Shown: positions 10,040 to 24,675 of the stretch, in pieces
How positions within the stretch are numbered: position 1 is the first letter of the stretch
Layout: each line of letters begins with the position of its first letter
Notes under the pieces: model-generated
The model's database searches: none
Told to the model about the DNA's origin: nothing
Seen by the model: only the letters and a program-made list of their open reading frames with translations
Program-made: the position numbers and the translations under genes
Origin: Octopus sinensis
Lineage: Eukaryota
DNA length: 64,000 nucleotides
Direction: 5' to 3'
NCBI RefSeq assembly: GCF_006345805.1
Contig: NW_021832831.1
Coordinates: forward strand, 38,188 to 102,187

Positions 10040-11510
10040 TTACTCAATATGTTCACTAAAGGGTATCATTCTGTATTCTGGGAATGCAATCTGCTGTCGA
10101 TGCAGAGTGCATCTGCATCTGAGCGATAATCCCGTGGACCCTATGTAGTTTTGGTGGCAGCCCAAGAATCTTATGGCATAAATCAGGTTTTCTGAAGCAC
10201 AAGTAAAATTTGATTTGATTTTGAATTTTTGTCCCTCCTTGAAGAGGAATTCTGATCCTTCTAGAAGGTTTGGGCATGTTGTGCAATTTGGTCTACCACA
10301 TTTCTTCACTTTTGCATCCGTTATTTTAGAAAATAATTTTGCCTTTGTGAGGATCTTTTTTAGTGATTTCGGTTGTTTGTAGCTTTTAATGAATTTATGT
10401 ATATGTAAAATTTTCTTTAATTTGGGGTCCTTATGTAGCATTGGTAAATTTTGGGTTATGATGGTGAAGGCTTCTTTGTTTCTGGGGTTGTATGTGGATA
10501 TGTACGGCAGTTTTTTCGGTGAAGGTGTGTTGCTGTGTTGAACTTTTCTTAAGGTTTCTCTGTCGATTTGTGTTGCACGTCTGATTCCATCCTCTATGAG
10601 TTGAACTGGGTAGTGTCTGTCAATTAGGGTGTTTTTGAGTTCTTGCTATTTAAAGTTTCTGGTATTTTGTTCTGACACTATTGTGCATATCCTTCTTGCA
10701 AGGTTGAATGGGATGTTTGTTTTGGTGTGTCTTGGGTGGCATGAATCAAAAAGTAGATATTGTTTGGCATCTGTGGTTTTGTAAAATATGTCCATTTCTG
10801 TTTTTAGGTTTATTTTTTTAATTAGTATATCTAAGAATGGAAGCTCCTTTTGGTTGTACTTCATTGTGAACTGTATGTTTGGGTTGATGCTGTTCAATAG
10901 GCTTTTGAAATTTAGGAGTTTATCTTTGTTTTCATTCCAGATTATGAAACAGTCGTCTAGGAAACTTTTTCAATTTTCTTTTATGTATTCGGAAAGGGGG
11001 TTTCCAAAGGTAGATAAAGATTCCTGGCATCTTATTACCTCCAGGTAGCTCATTGTTAGGTTTGCAATGACTGGTGCTGCCCTAGTACCCATAACAAATC
11101 TGGATTTTGAATGGTAAAATGCATTGACAATCATGACGTGGTTATTTTGTAGGATGAATTCAACCGATTTAGTTATGAATTTTTTACTGATCCTTTTTGG
11201 TATTTCTTCCGGAAATTGGTCCAGCCAGAACTGAATAGCCTCTATCCCATAATTATGAGGTATACTGGTATATAAATTAACTACATCAAATGAAACCATA
11301 ATTGTTTCTTCTTCTTGACTTTTTTTGGAAGGTGATTTAACATATCCAAGTCACTTCTGGTATGGCTATTGATGTGTTTAAGGAGAATGACCATAAATAG
11401 ACTTAGTCTGTGTGTTTCACAGGCTGGGCCAGCTACAATTTGTCGTAGTTTTAGGTCCCCTGGGTTTGGTGTATGTATGTACGTCTTTGGTGATTTTTAA
11501 TGGTTTCATT
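10040..11510 (-). mobile_element. Penelope-like element (RT plus GIY-YIG), decayed and 5'-truncated
   Basis: RT motifs 'SFDVVNLYTSIPH', 'MGTRAAPVIANL', 'LPFLDILI' and 'QYLLFDSCHP'; EN motif 'CASENLIYAI...NYIGSTG...LHRQQI'. Confidence 0.92.
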
Positions 11511-11511
11511 T

Positions 11512-11548
11512 AGAAATTTGAAAAGAAAATATGAAACCGGTTATTTCT
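11512..11548 (+). ncRNA. Degenerate minimal hammerhead at the PLE 5' junction (inverted pLTR orientation)
   Basis: AGAAAT-ttgaaaa-gaaaatat-GAAAC-CG-GTT-ATTTCT. Perfect 6-bp stem I and palindromic AACCGGTT stem III; the core and stem II are decayed. Confidence 0.45.
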
Positions 11549-12259
11549 CCAAAAATTATGTTACTATACGCAAAATTTTATACATTTTTCTAACATAATG
11601 ATTTAAATATATTCTTTAACCATATCACACCAGCCTTCTGTAGTTTTTTCACTCTTTTTTGTCTTTTATACATCCACCATGTGCTTTCACATACCATCTC
11701 TCTCACCTATATATAATACACGTGAGACTGGTTTATTCAGTTAGAAAACAAAAACCTAATGATGATGTAATTAGCAACTAGCACATTTTGTTTCTTAATT
11801 TCTGTTTGTTTTAATATTAAATTCTTTATTTCACTGTTATTTTCAGCCACAACTCAATTATTTTTGTTTATGAATTCTCTGTATGTACTTTTGCTTTCTT
11901 GGTGATCAAAGCAAATCAAAGCAATCGATAACTTCATGCTGCAGCCGTTTTTCTTCCTATGTGATTTAAAGCATTTTTTGATATGTGGCTTTTCAAAATT
12001 AGAAATGAGTTCCAAACTGCTATTCAAGTTCACTGAAACTTATCTCCTGCCACTCAAAACAACAACTCAAATGGGATAAAGAGTACACGCATTACAACAA
12101 CAACAGCAAGTGTATATTTGTGTGTGTGTGCACGTGTCTGTGTGTGTGTGAGTGTAGACTTACAATATATCCTATTGTTAAGAAAATTTTACACAATCAT
12201 TCAATAAAACTAAAATGGATAAAGAGTACACACTTTATCTGCCTAAACAGTGCAACGGG

Positions 12260-12530
12260 ACCTGCTTCATAGGCAAGTCCCTGACGCCCCACTTTATTGA
12301 GGCCACCATTGTTACGGGGAACGGGAGTGGGGAAATGTTTTCATTTCAAGATTGCACCATTATCCTACGGGGTCAGACATACCGTTTAACATCTGCAGAT
12401 TGCTATGTTTATCAACAAATCCCAAAGCTGAACACTATCAGTGGCGTCATCCATTTAGGGGAGCCATGCTTTTCACATGGGCACTTTATGTGGCCTGCTC
12501 CCGTGTGGGGAGTAGAAACACTGCAGCTGA
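12260..12530 (+). mobile_element. Helitron PIF1-like helicase C-terminal fragment
   Basis: Frameshifted 'IEATIVTG', 'IPTGSDIPF', 'LGEPCFSHG' and 'LYVACSRVG', matching 53249-53590. Confidence 0.8.
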
Positions 12531-12770
12531 TATGGTTATGAACAGGTGATACGGAAGCATTGGCCAGACATATTCTCAAACCATGGCAGCATGACTCATG
12601 GACTCTTCCTCTTCTTTATTGGACAATGCTGACTTCTGCAACAACAATGCTCACTCGGCTGATATCAGTACTTGGTCAAGTTGCTCATAGAGTTAGGCTA
12701 GAAGGGCCAGGCCCCTTATTTTTTTGTTAAGGCTGTTGGTGAGTTTTCCTAAGTTACTCCACTCCGGATC

Positions 12771-12950
12771 CCCAATGCAAACCTTCGAATCAACCTTCTC
12801 CAATGCAGATCTCTAATGCAACCTTATCCAATCCAAATCTGTGAGTCAACCTTTTCACTGCAGATCTCCAATGCAAACCTTCGATGCAACCTTCTCCAAT
12901 GCAGATCTTCAATGCAGCCTTCTCTAATGTATATTTCAATACAGCCTTGA
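12771..12950. repeat. ~28-bp minisatellite (TTCTCCAATGCAGATCTCTAATGCAACC-like, about 6 units)
   Basis: Diverged tandem units are visible, inside an unclassified ~750-bp GC-balanced segment (12560-13300). Confidence 0.75.
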
Positions 12951-13784
12951 CTGATAGTACCCCTAGGAGGAGTTAGGACTAGATTGGAATTAGTCGCTGC
13001 CTTTTAGAGGCTCCCAGTCCCCCTTTTACTAGATTAGCTTAGGCTTAGGTTAAGGCTTACTTGTGATCCAAACATAACCTCTTCTGACACAGAGGATTGG
13101 GAGCCCTTTTGGGCATTCTATTTTCCTTGCCGGATGGGCTCCCATCCCATGGCCTAGAGGGTGGCAGGTTAGATGATGGGGTTAGGGTTCGAAAGGGCAG
13201 GCATGAGCAACCTGATCACCTCTGCCAGTCAAACTTCGAACCCGTGTGTTCCCATTATGACAATGATTCTGCAAAACTGGGTTGGGTATGAAAACCAACT
13301 TTAAAGTATAAATATAGATTTTTTGAGTCAGCAATGTTGTGTTCAGTTAAGTCCTATTTGGGATGAAAAACCAATAAACTGATTCCTTATGGGGTTTTCC
13401 ATTCAATCAGGATGAAAAATCAATAAACCAATTCCTTATAAAATTTCCCACCAAAATTGGCTACACCCTATGTTCAACCATAACTTTTACCAGTTTTGTT
13501 CAGACTTGATGCTGACATTACTTAGGACTAATGGGATCTTTGAATGCTTTAACCCCCCCCCCCCCCGAAAAAAAAAGTAATCATGAGTGAAAAAATTGAT
13601 AAAACGATTCTTTATGGATTTCCCAATCAAATTGTCTGCAATCTATTTTCAGCCAAACGTTTACCAATTTCAACAGATTTCACTCAGATTTGATGTCCGT
13701 GTTACTTAGTTTGGTTTGAAACAAAGCACTTGATTAGCTTAATAATCCTAACTTAATTCTAGACAGTGCCAGGCTATACTGGTA

Positions 13785-13785
13785 G

Positions 13786-13839
<54 letters not shown>

Positions 13840-13895
13840 GTATATATATATATATATATACATATATATGTACTTCAATACATATATATTTGTAT

Positions 13896-13973
<78 letters not shown>

Positions 13974-13996
13974 TATATATATATAGATATATATAT
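13785..13996. repeat. (TA)n/(CA)n microsatellite
   Basis: Directly visible. Confidence 0.98.
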
Positions 13997-16900
13997 GAGT
14001 AGTGGGTAGCGATTTTCTTCACTACTTCAGGGAGTGATGACCCTGCCTGACATGAGTCCCAGGCTCAGATGGCTCCCGCTGACAGTACCTGGTATGGGCC
14101 TCTATCCTGAGTTACGGAAAGGAGACAACCTTCAAAGAAATCCGGAGTGAAGCCCCGAAGGCAGTTTAGTGTTCGACTCGACACTCTTCCAGCAACTCCT
14201 GCAACCAGGGTGGTGCCAAACATAATGCTCTGCACTCCTTTGGGCTATATTAGCAAGGTTGAGAGAGGAATCCTGATGATTGGGCTACCCAGGATTTTCT
14301 TATTTCTAGCCCAGGCCTGCGCAAAACTGGAGAGGACACTTCAGTGCTGCTGTAAAAAGTGGCAGAAAAGACATGGGAGGTAGCAGTCACTAGTGATAAG
14401 TCTATTCAGATTGGTGTAAGATATGGGCGCTACGGGTTACCTCTGATGGTGGAAGGGACCCCCGTGTCCCATTGGTTAACTACTGCCCACCTCAAGCTGG
14501 GCAGCCCCCCGGTTAATAAGGTGCTGACCCATCACAGGCCGCCTGCTTCATTGGGTGCTTGGAGCTAAGAGTTTGACTTGAAAAATGGCCTGCAACCTCT
14601 GCATCAGGCAAACAACTGAAAGACAAGAAACTACCAGTCCTGCAGTTAGCAAGCTGGAATGTCAGGACCATGTGCCCTGGCATATCTAATGACCTACTCA
14701 GGGTTGAAAACACACGAAAGACGGCCATCATTGACCGTGAACTAAAGAGACTTAACATATACATTGCTGAACTGCAGGAGACAAGACTCCCCTGAAATGG
14801 CAAACACAAAGAACAGGATTTCACTTTTTTTGGCAGGGAAGCGATCCAGAAGAACCTCGTCAGCATGGTGTTGGCTTTGCAGTGAGAAACTCATTACTCT
14901 CCTCAACAGAACCACCATCAGGAGGCACTGAGCGTATCCTCTCACTGCGCTTCCCAACCTCTTTTGGCTCAGTACATCTACTGAGCATCTATGCTCCCAC
15001 TCTCTACAGCTCAGAGGAGACCAAGAACCAGTTCTACAAAGATCTCAACTGTGTCATTAGAAATATACCAACCAATAAAAACAGCTACCTTCTAGGAGAT
15101 TTTAGTGCTTACGTGGGATCTGACCATGATTCATGGCCCATTTGTGTTGGACACTTTGGTATTGGCAACATGAATGACAATGGTAGAGACTACTTGAATT
15201 TTGCACATACCATAACCTGTGCATCACCAACACATTCTTTGCCAACAAGCCATCCCACAAGGCATCTTGGAGACATCCAAGATCTCACAACTGGCATCAG
15301 TTGGATCTCATCATTACATGAAGATCCTTTCTGAATTCTGTTCAACTGACCCGTAGTTACCACAGTGCAGATTATGACACAAATCATTCACTAATAAGAA
15401 GCAGGGTGAGGATTCTGCCTAAAAATGTCCATCGCTCCAAGAAAATGGGCCAACCATGCATTAACACTGCCAGAACCTCAGACTCTACACTGCAAAAATG
15501 TTTTGCTGTTTCTATCAAGGTTGCCCTCAGTAGCTGCCCAACCTCCTCTGCTGAAAGTAGGTGGAATTATATCAGGGAAGCTGTGTATACCACGTCAATA
15601 GATACTTTCAGCATGAGAGAAAGGCAAAACCCAGATTGGTTCAGTGCTGGGCTCTCAGAGCTGGAACCAGTTATTGAAGCAAATCGCACAGCTCTGATGC
15701 AATACAAGAGTGATTCTTCTACAAAGACACTCAAAGAACTCAAAAAGGCAAGAAGTAAAACCCAACTGACTGCCAGACGCTGTGCAAATAGGTATTGGCA
15801 GGAAATGTGTCAGAGTATCCAGTCAGCTGCTGACAGTAGTGACACCCGTGGGATGTATGCTGGTTTGAAGAAGTCCCTCGGTCCATCTGCAACCAAGTCA
15901 GACCCTCTGAAATCAATTACTGGAGATCTCATCAAGGACCAAATCAAGCAAATGGATAGATGGGTGGAGTACTACCAGGATCTCTACTCACGGGAGACCA
16001 CAGTAGCTGAGGCTGCAATTGAGGGTGTCAAGATCTTGCCAGTCATGTGTGAACTTGACAATCTGTCATCTATTGCAGAGCTCAACAAGGTTATTGACTT
16101 CCTAGCCAGTAACAAGGCTCTGGGAAAAGATGGCATCCACTCATAGATATTCAAAGCTGGCAAAAACACTGTCCTGCTTCAGCACCTTCATGAGCTTCTG
16201 TGTCAGTGCTGGGAAGATGATACAGTCGCTCAGGATATGCGGGATGCTAACATCATTATGCTTTAGAAAAACAAAGGTGACCGTGGTGATTGTAACAATT
16301 ACCATGGAATATCACTTCTAAGCACTGTTGGAAAGACCTTTGCTCACGTTATCCTGTCCAGGCTACAACTGCTTACTTCTCAAATTTATCCAGAATCACA
16401 GTGTGGCTTTAGAAGAAGCAGATCAACTATTGACATGATATTCTCCATATGCCAACTTCAGGAGAAGTCCAGAGATCAGAGAATGCCATTATATATGGCC
16501 GTCATTGACCTGACAAAGGCCGTTGGCTTGGTAAGTAGAAAAGGCCTCTTCATCGTGCTCCAAAAAATCAGATGTCCACCAAAACTGAAGATCATTAAAT
16601 CTTTCCATGATGATATGCAAGGCACCATACAGCACAATGGTTCATCATTAGCCTCCTTCCAAATAAAAAACGGGGTAAAGCAAGGTTGTGTCCTTGCTCC
16701 TACATTATTTGTCATTGTCTTCTCGCTGCTGCTGTCACATGCCTTTGAGACATCATGATGGAGTGTTTCTGCACAGTAGAAGTGACAGGAAACTGTTCAA
16801 TCTCTCGCATCTGCATACCAAGACCAAAATCAGAAGTGTCCTGATCAAGGAGATACTATTTGCTGATGCTGCTGCTCTGGTATCACACACAGAAAAAGCC

Positions 16901-17385
16901 TTGCAAAGGCTCATCAACTGTTTTGAGCAAGCATGTAGTGACTTTGGCTTAGTTATCAGTCTCAAGAAGACCGACATCATGGGTCAGGCTACATCAGACA
17001 TCCCAAACATATATTGGAGACCACAGACTACAGGAGGTGGAGAAGTTTACCTATCTTGGCTCTACCATTACCTATAACCTATCCCTTGATGCTGAGCTCA
17101 ATATACGCATTGGCAAGGCAACTGCTTGATGGCCCAACTCTCCAAATGGGCATGGGACAACAATAAGCTGACCAAGACCACAAAAATAAAGATTTACCAG
17201 GCATGTGTACTTAGCACTCTACTATATGGAAATGAGACTTGGACACCATACACATGCCAAGAGCATCGCCTAAATATCTTTCACCTGCGCTGCCTCCGGA
17301 AAATCCTCGGCATCAAATGGCAGAATCATGTCCCCAACAAAGATGTCCTGAAGCAAGCAGGAATACCAAGCATGTTTACACACCT
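13997..17385 (+). mobile_element. BovB-like RTE LINE (second family) with apparent 5' UTR, decayed ORF, 3' end missing
   Basis: 'LQLASWNVRTM', 'LLSIYAPTL', 'LLGDFSA', 'PESQCGFR', 'QLQEKSRDQ', 'GVKQGCVLAPTLF', 'LLYGNETWT'. It has no PHD insert, unlike the main family. Confidence 0.92.
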
Positions 17386-17589
17386 CACATATATACTACA
17401 TGCACAATTTTATAAACTTAATTCACAGTATACTCCCTCTTTCTCCCTCACTTTTTACCATACCCTCTTTTTCTCTCTCCTTTTCCTTTCACTCTTCACC
17501 TTTCCTTTCAACTAATCACATGAAAGCATTACAGCCGGGCTAAGTAATAGAGTAAAAAAAAATTTCATTAAAAAAAAAATTTACACATT

Positions 17590-17659
17590 TAGCCCAGTCA
17601 TACTATCCAACTGATGCCAGCATGGACAACAGACGTTAAATGATGATGATGATGATGAT
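17590..17659 (+). mobile_element. Isolated RTE-type 3' tail (extreme 5' truncation or RTE-tailed SINE)
   Basis: GCCAGCATGGACAACAGACGTTAAAT(GAT)n. Confidence 0.8.
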
Positions 17660-17695
17660 ACACACACACACACACACACATATATATATGAAAAT

Positions 17696-17729
<34 letters not shown>

Positions 17730-17989
17730 GAAAATACACACACACAAGTAAGCACATTAATGGAAAATACAAAATGGAAAACATAGTGCTCAGATACCTA
17801 AGACAGAATTATATACTTTTATTAAAGCTGAAAAATCTTCACAAAACTGTTTCACGGTTTCACATTTCTGTTTGTTGGACAGTTGTGATGATTACTGAAT
17901 TAAAATCATGATGGCACATGTAACTTAATATGATATAATAAAATTCAGTTTAGTCAATTAATAACTGTGATGGTCTTTTTGTGTGCCTT

Positions 17990-18470
17990 AGGCTCAATTG
18001 CTGGAGACTGATGGTTATGTGAAGCTGCTGTAGACTAATTAAACCCTGACTGGATAAGGTTGATGCAGGAAGGCCATATGTATGACAGCAGGATTATGTT
18101 CCTTGTATCTGCAGAAGGAGTCAGAAGTGGTTTTTGGAAAATTCCTGTGACTTCACAAGCTCCAGTTTCAGGTCTCCCAATTTCCCCAATTGTAATCTCA
18201 GGGATTACTATGCATGGTACGTGATTGAGAAAGAGACCAACTGCTCTGCCTGCAACACCAAAGCTAAGCTGGTAGCCAAGATCAAAGAAGTTATCCAGAG
18301 CTATTTTGGGGCAGTGATGGAAGCTAGAGGTGACTACTTTGAGTAAATTATTATCTCCCAGTCATAATGTAGTCGATATTCTTCTTAATATTTTTAAATA
18401 CTTAATTTTTGGATGGGATTTTGAGTTTTCTTTTTGTTTCATGCAAACTGTCAAATTTAGCCCAGACACT
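17990..18470 (+). mobile_element. Tc1/mariner-superfamily transposase C-terminal remnant
   Basis: ORF 18134..18346 'SPNFPNCNLRDYYAWYVIEKETN...KAKLVAKIKEV' resembles the SPDLNPLDY motif region. Confidence 0.6.
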
Positions 18471-18499
18471 GTGTGTGTGTGTGCATGCGTGCGTGTGTG

Positions 18500-21310
<2,811 letters not shown>

Positions 21311-21438
21311 ACATTTCTAACACCTGTGTGTGTGTGTGTGGTGTGTGTGTGTGTGTGTGTGTGTGTGTGGTGTTTGTGTGTATGTATCTGTCTGTCTGTC
21401 TGCATGTATTTCTATCTGTGTGCATATATGTATGTATT

Positions 21439-21480
<42 letters not shown>

Positions 21481-21529
21481 CATGTGTGTATTTATGTATA
21501 TGTATGTGTAATATGTATATATTTGTATA

Positions 21530-23400
21530 TCATCAACTTTTAACATCCATGGGTCTGACAGTTTGCCAGGATCTGGTATGCCAGAGGACTGTACCATGCT
21601 CTATTGTCTGCTTTAGCATGGTTTCTACTGGTTGATGCCCTTCATAACACTAACCACTTTATGCAATGTTCTGGGTGCTTTTTACATTGCACCAGCCCCA
21701 CAGGAAACACTAAGTAACTTGACAAAGACCCCGGAGGAGAAATACTGAGGGAAGTGGCTTTGTGCCAGTCAATGAGAGCTTAAAAAGTTTAATCATGTAA
21801 TAAATATAGGTGTCTTGCTGAAGAAGAGATATATCGATAACCCTATTGGAAAAGAAAGGAATTAAAGAGTGAGACAGTTAGACAGAAGGATAAAGAGAGA
21901 GACAGGGAGTATGATTGAGAGAGAGAGAGAGAGTTAGGGAGAAAGATAGAGAAAGAGAGAGAGCGAGAGAAATGATGGTAGACATGTGTTGGGACATACC
22001 TGCAAGGTACAATGGGGGGTAAATATAACTTAAGTGGTACAGTGAATCGGCAGTGGGTAATAGAAGGGCAAATTTCATACCAGTGTGAGGAGAGAAGGTT
22101 AGAGATGGGATACAGGTGATCATATTAAGTGAACATGGGAGATATAGGAGTGGCTCAGGATGGGGTGGCATGAAGACTATGGTAGATATGTGAAGGCGTT
22201 AAGAGTGATGACAGAAAATAAAGTGTTAAGGATGGAGTGTAGCAAAGAGGAGAGAGAGCAATGGCTAAAGGCAATAAAAGGCGGTGATTGGTGAAAACAT
22301 TGAGAAATGGAAGTGGTTCCAGGAGAAAGATGAAGAAGATAACCAAAAGGGAGGGGATGAATGTGCCTGAGAGTAGAACTTGCTCTCAGGTGATTACAGC
22401 AGCTGAGTAATACAAAAGATAGAGAAGCCAAGGCTAGGGAAATGATTGATGAAGGGGAGAGAATGGAGTTGGGGCAGAGCTCCACATATCCAAGCTTTAC
22501 AAATGTGGTTTCAGGATATCAGTTCTACTGTGGTGATGGCCTTCTTGAGTACAAAAACCATCAATCATCTTGGTCCTTTGTCATCTTTGTAAGACTGAGC
22601 ATCTTGAGATCAGCCTTCAATACATCATTCCATGTCTTTCTCGGTCTTCCTCTTCCACAAGTTTCATCCACTTTAAGTGCTCAGTACTTCTTTATGCAAC
22701 TGTCCTCGTCATAAGCATCCCATGACCAAATCAATGCAGTCTTCTCTCTTGCACACTATATGTAATTCCTCTTACACATAACTTTCCACTCAATAGATTA
22801 CCACTTTCTTGTATATGCACACTGGTATTGCACATGCAATGGAGCATACTAGCTTTATTCCTCTCCAGACTTGCATGTCTCACTATAGCATTGCCATTCA
22901 TTTCTCTCAGAGAGAGAGAGAGTTTTTTGTTGCCAACAGAGATAAAAGCTCTCTGATTTCTTCCATCCTCTTCTTATTCCATCAACTACACTTTCAGAAC
23001 ATCTTCCTCCACTGCTAATCAGTCACTTAGATAGCAGAAATTATCTTCTACCTCTAGGGAGCCTTTGGGCATGTCAATAAATCAATTTCCCATGTATCTG
23101 TAGACCTCATGGCTCCTATGCATTTTCTATGTAGAAACACTTCTCTCTCCATTAACCTTCCTGTGATTCCACTGCATCTCTTGTTTATCCATTGCTTTCA
23201 CTGGGTATACTGTATGGAATTCCTGCCTAAACCTTTCCTTCATATTGAGTATAGCCATTTACCTGAAATGAGTAGAGTCTTATCTATATTCTTATTTTCT
23301 AGAACCTTGGTCTTTCCTAAATTAACTTTAAGGTTACTCAGTTCCAGGGTTTTCTTTCACACCAGGAATTCTTTTCCAACTTTGCTACAGATTCTGTTAT
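21530..23400 (-). mobile_element. Old, degraded RTE 3' portion with a purine-rich intervening tract
   Basis: Tail-like 21533-21750; 22560-23400 matches the antisense of the PHD and C-terminal region of the main family. Confidence 0.7.
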
Positions 23401-23639
23401 GAGAGCAAGGACATCAGCATACTGTAATTCTGAAGTGAAGCTAGTCTTAGATTTCCCTTGTAAAATGGGGCCTCGCTTCTGTTCCAACATAGCTCTAAAG
23501 GTTTTTAACTCTTATTTCTTACAATATAGGTGCTACCTGGCACCCTCAGTCACAATAGGTGACAATCAAATTTTTGCTTTACGGTTTTATATTGTGTATA
23601 GCTACCTTTTATAATTTGTACATTAGTATTTTGCTGAAT

Positions 23640-24370
23640 CAGCCATAAATTCATAACCTGCCAACAGATGGCAGTGCACAGTTTGTGTATAAAGTGAGAG
23701 CTAGCAATGGCCTTCACAAGGCAGAGTGCTGAGTGATATAGATGTGATTACTTCACAAGTTGTGAAATATGTTTTTTTGTAATCATGTGTATGCTGTAGT
23801 CTGCAATTTTGCCATGGACAATAACAAAGAGCCAATGGGATATTTTGTGTTAAACTTGGTAAGCCTGTTTCAGAGACATTGAGCATGCTTCTGCAAGCTT
23901 ATGGTGATGATGCAAAGGGTTGTATACAATGTTTCTTGTGGTATGGGCACTTCAAAAGTAGAAGAACTTCCCTGGAAGATGATGAGTGATCTGGAAGATC
24001 TTCCACAAGTGTCACCTCCAAAAAAGTGCTATTGTGCATTGATAATTTGTTCCCCAAGACCAGATGGTCAGTTGAGAGTTCTACCATGATGTTTTGAAGC
24101 ATTTGATGGAGGACATTCAGTGGAAGTGACCATATCTGTGGAGCATGAAGAACTGGATTCTTTATGCCAACAATGCACACAGTCACTGAACTCTCCTCGC
24201 ACATGAGTTTCTCATAAAGCAATATGGTATCTCTTCTGCACCTGCCCTATTTGCCAGATTTAGCTCCAGATTCCCACCTCTTCCCCAAGATGAAAATGCA
24301 GCTCAAAGGTCGCTGTTTTAACACTGTTGTTGAGATTCAAAGTGAATCACAGAAAGTCCTCAACTCACAG
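23640..24370 (+). mobile_element. mariner transposon, internally deleted and decayed
   Basis: N-terminal 'VKLGKPVSETLSMLLQAYGDDA...FKSRRTSLEDDE' and C-terminal 'LPYLPDLAPDSHLFPKMKMQLKGRCF'. Confidence 0.85.
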
Positions 24371-24675
24371 AAAACTACTTACACACATACACACACACAC
24401 ACATTCTCTTGTTTTATATGTATACATATTTCTTATTTGATGTATTTAATATATTTGATGTGTCCAATTTGTTTATCCCCATAATTGATTCTATACCTGC
24501 TTAACCGGATCCCTCTTATAGCCTTTCTTTACATTGTGAAATGATCCCCTGTAAAGACATCAGAGTCTAAGTCTGAATCTTTTGAGCACTGTTAAGTGTT
24601 TTCTCTATGGAGAATATCTGGATCTCATCTGTGAACTATATAAATACACACACACACACATATATATATATATAT

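Noticed and set aside
13766-14022. Long YI/CV/RE/SL-repeat ORFs (also 20456, 21328, 30985-31514, 32110)
   Set aside because: They are translations of microsatellites.
14273-14300. CTGATGA in the BovB-like 5' UTR
   Set aside because: There is no GAAA strand or cleavage triplet in a compatible position; it is just part of a hairpin.
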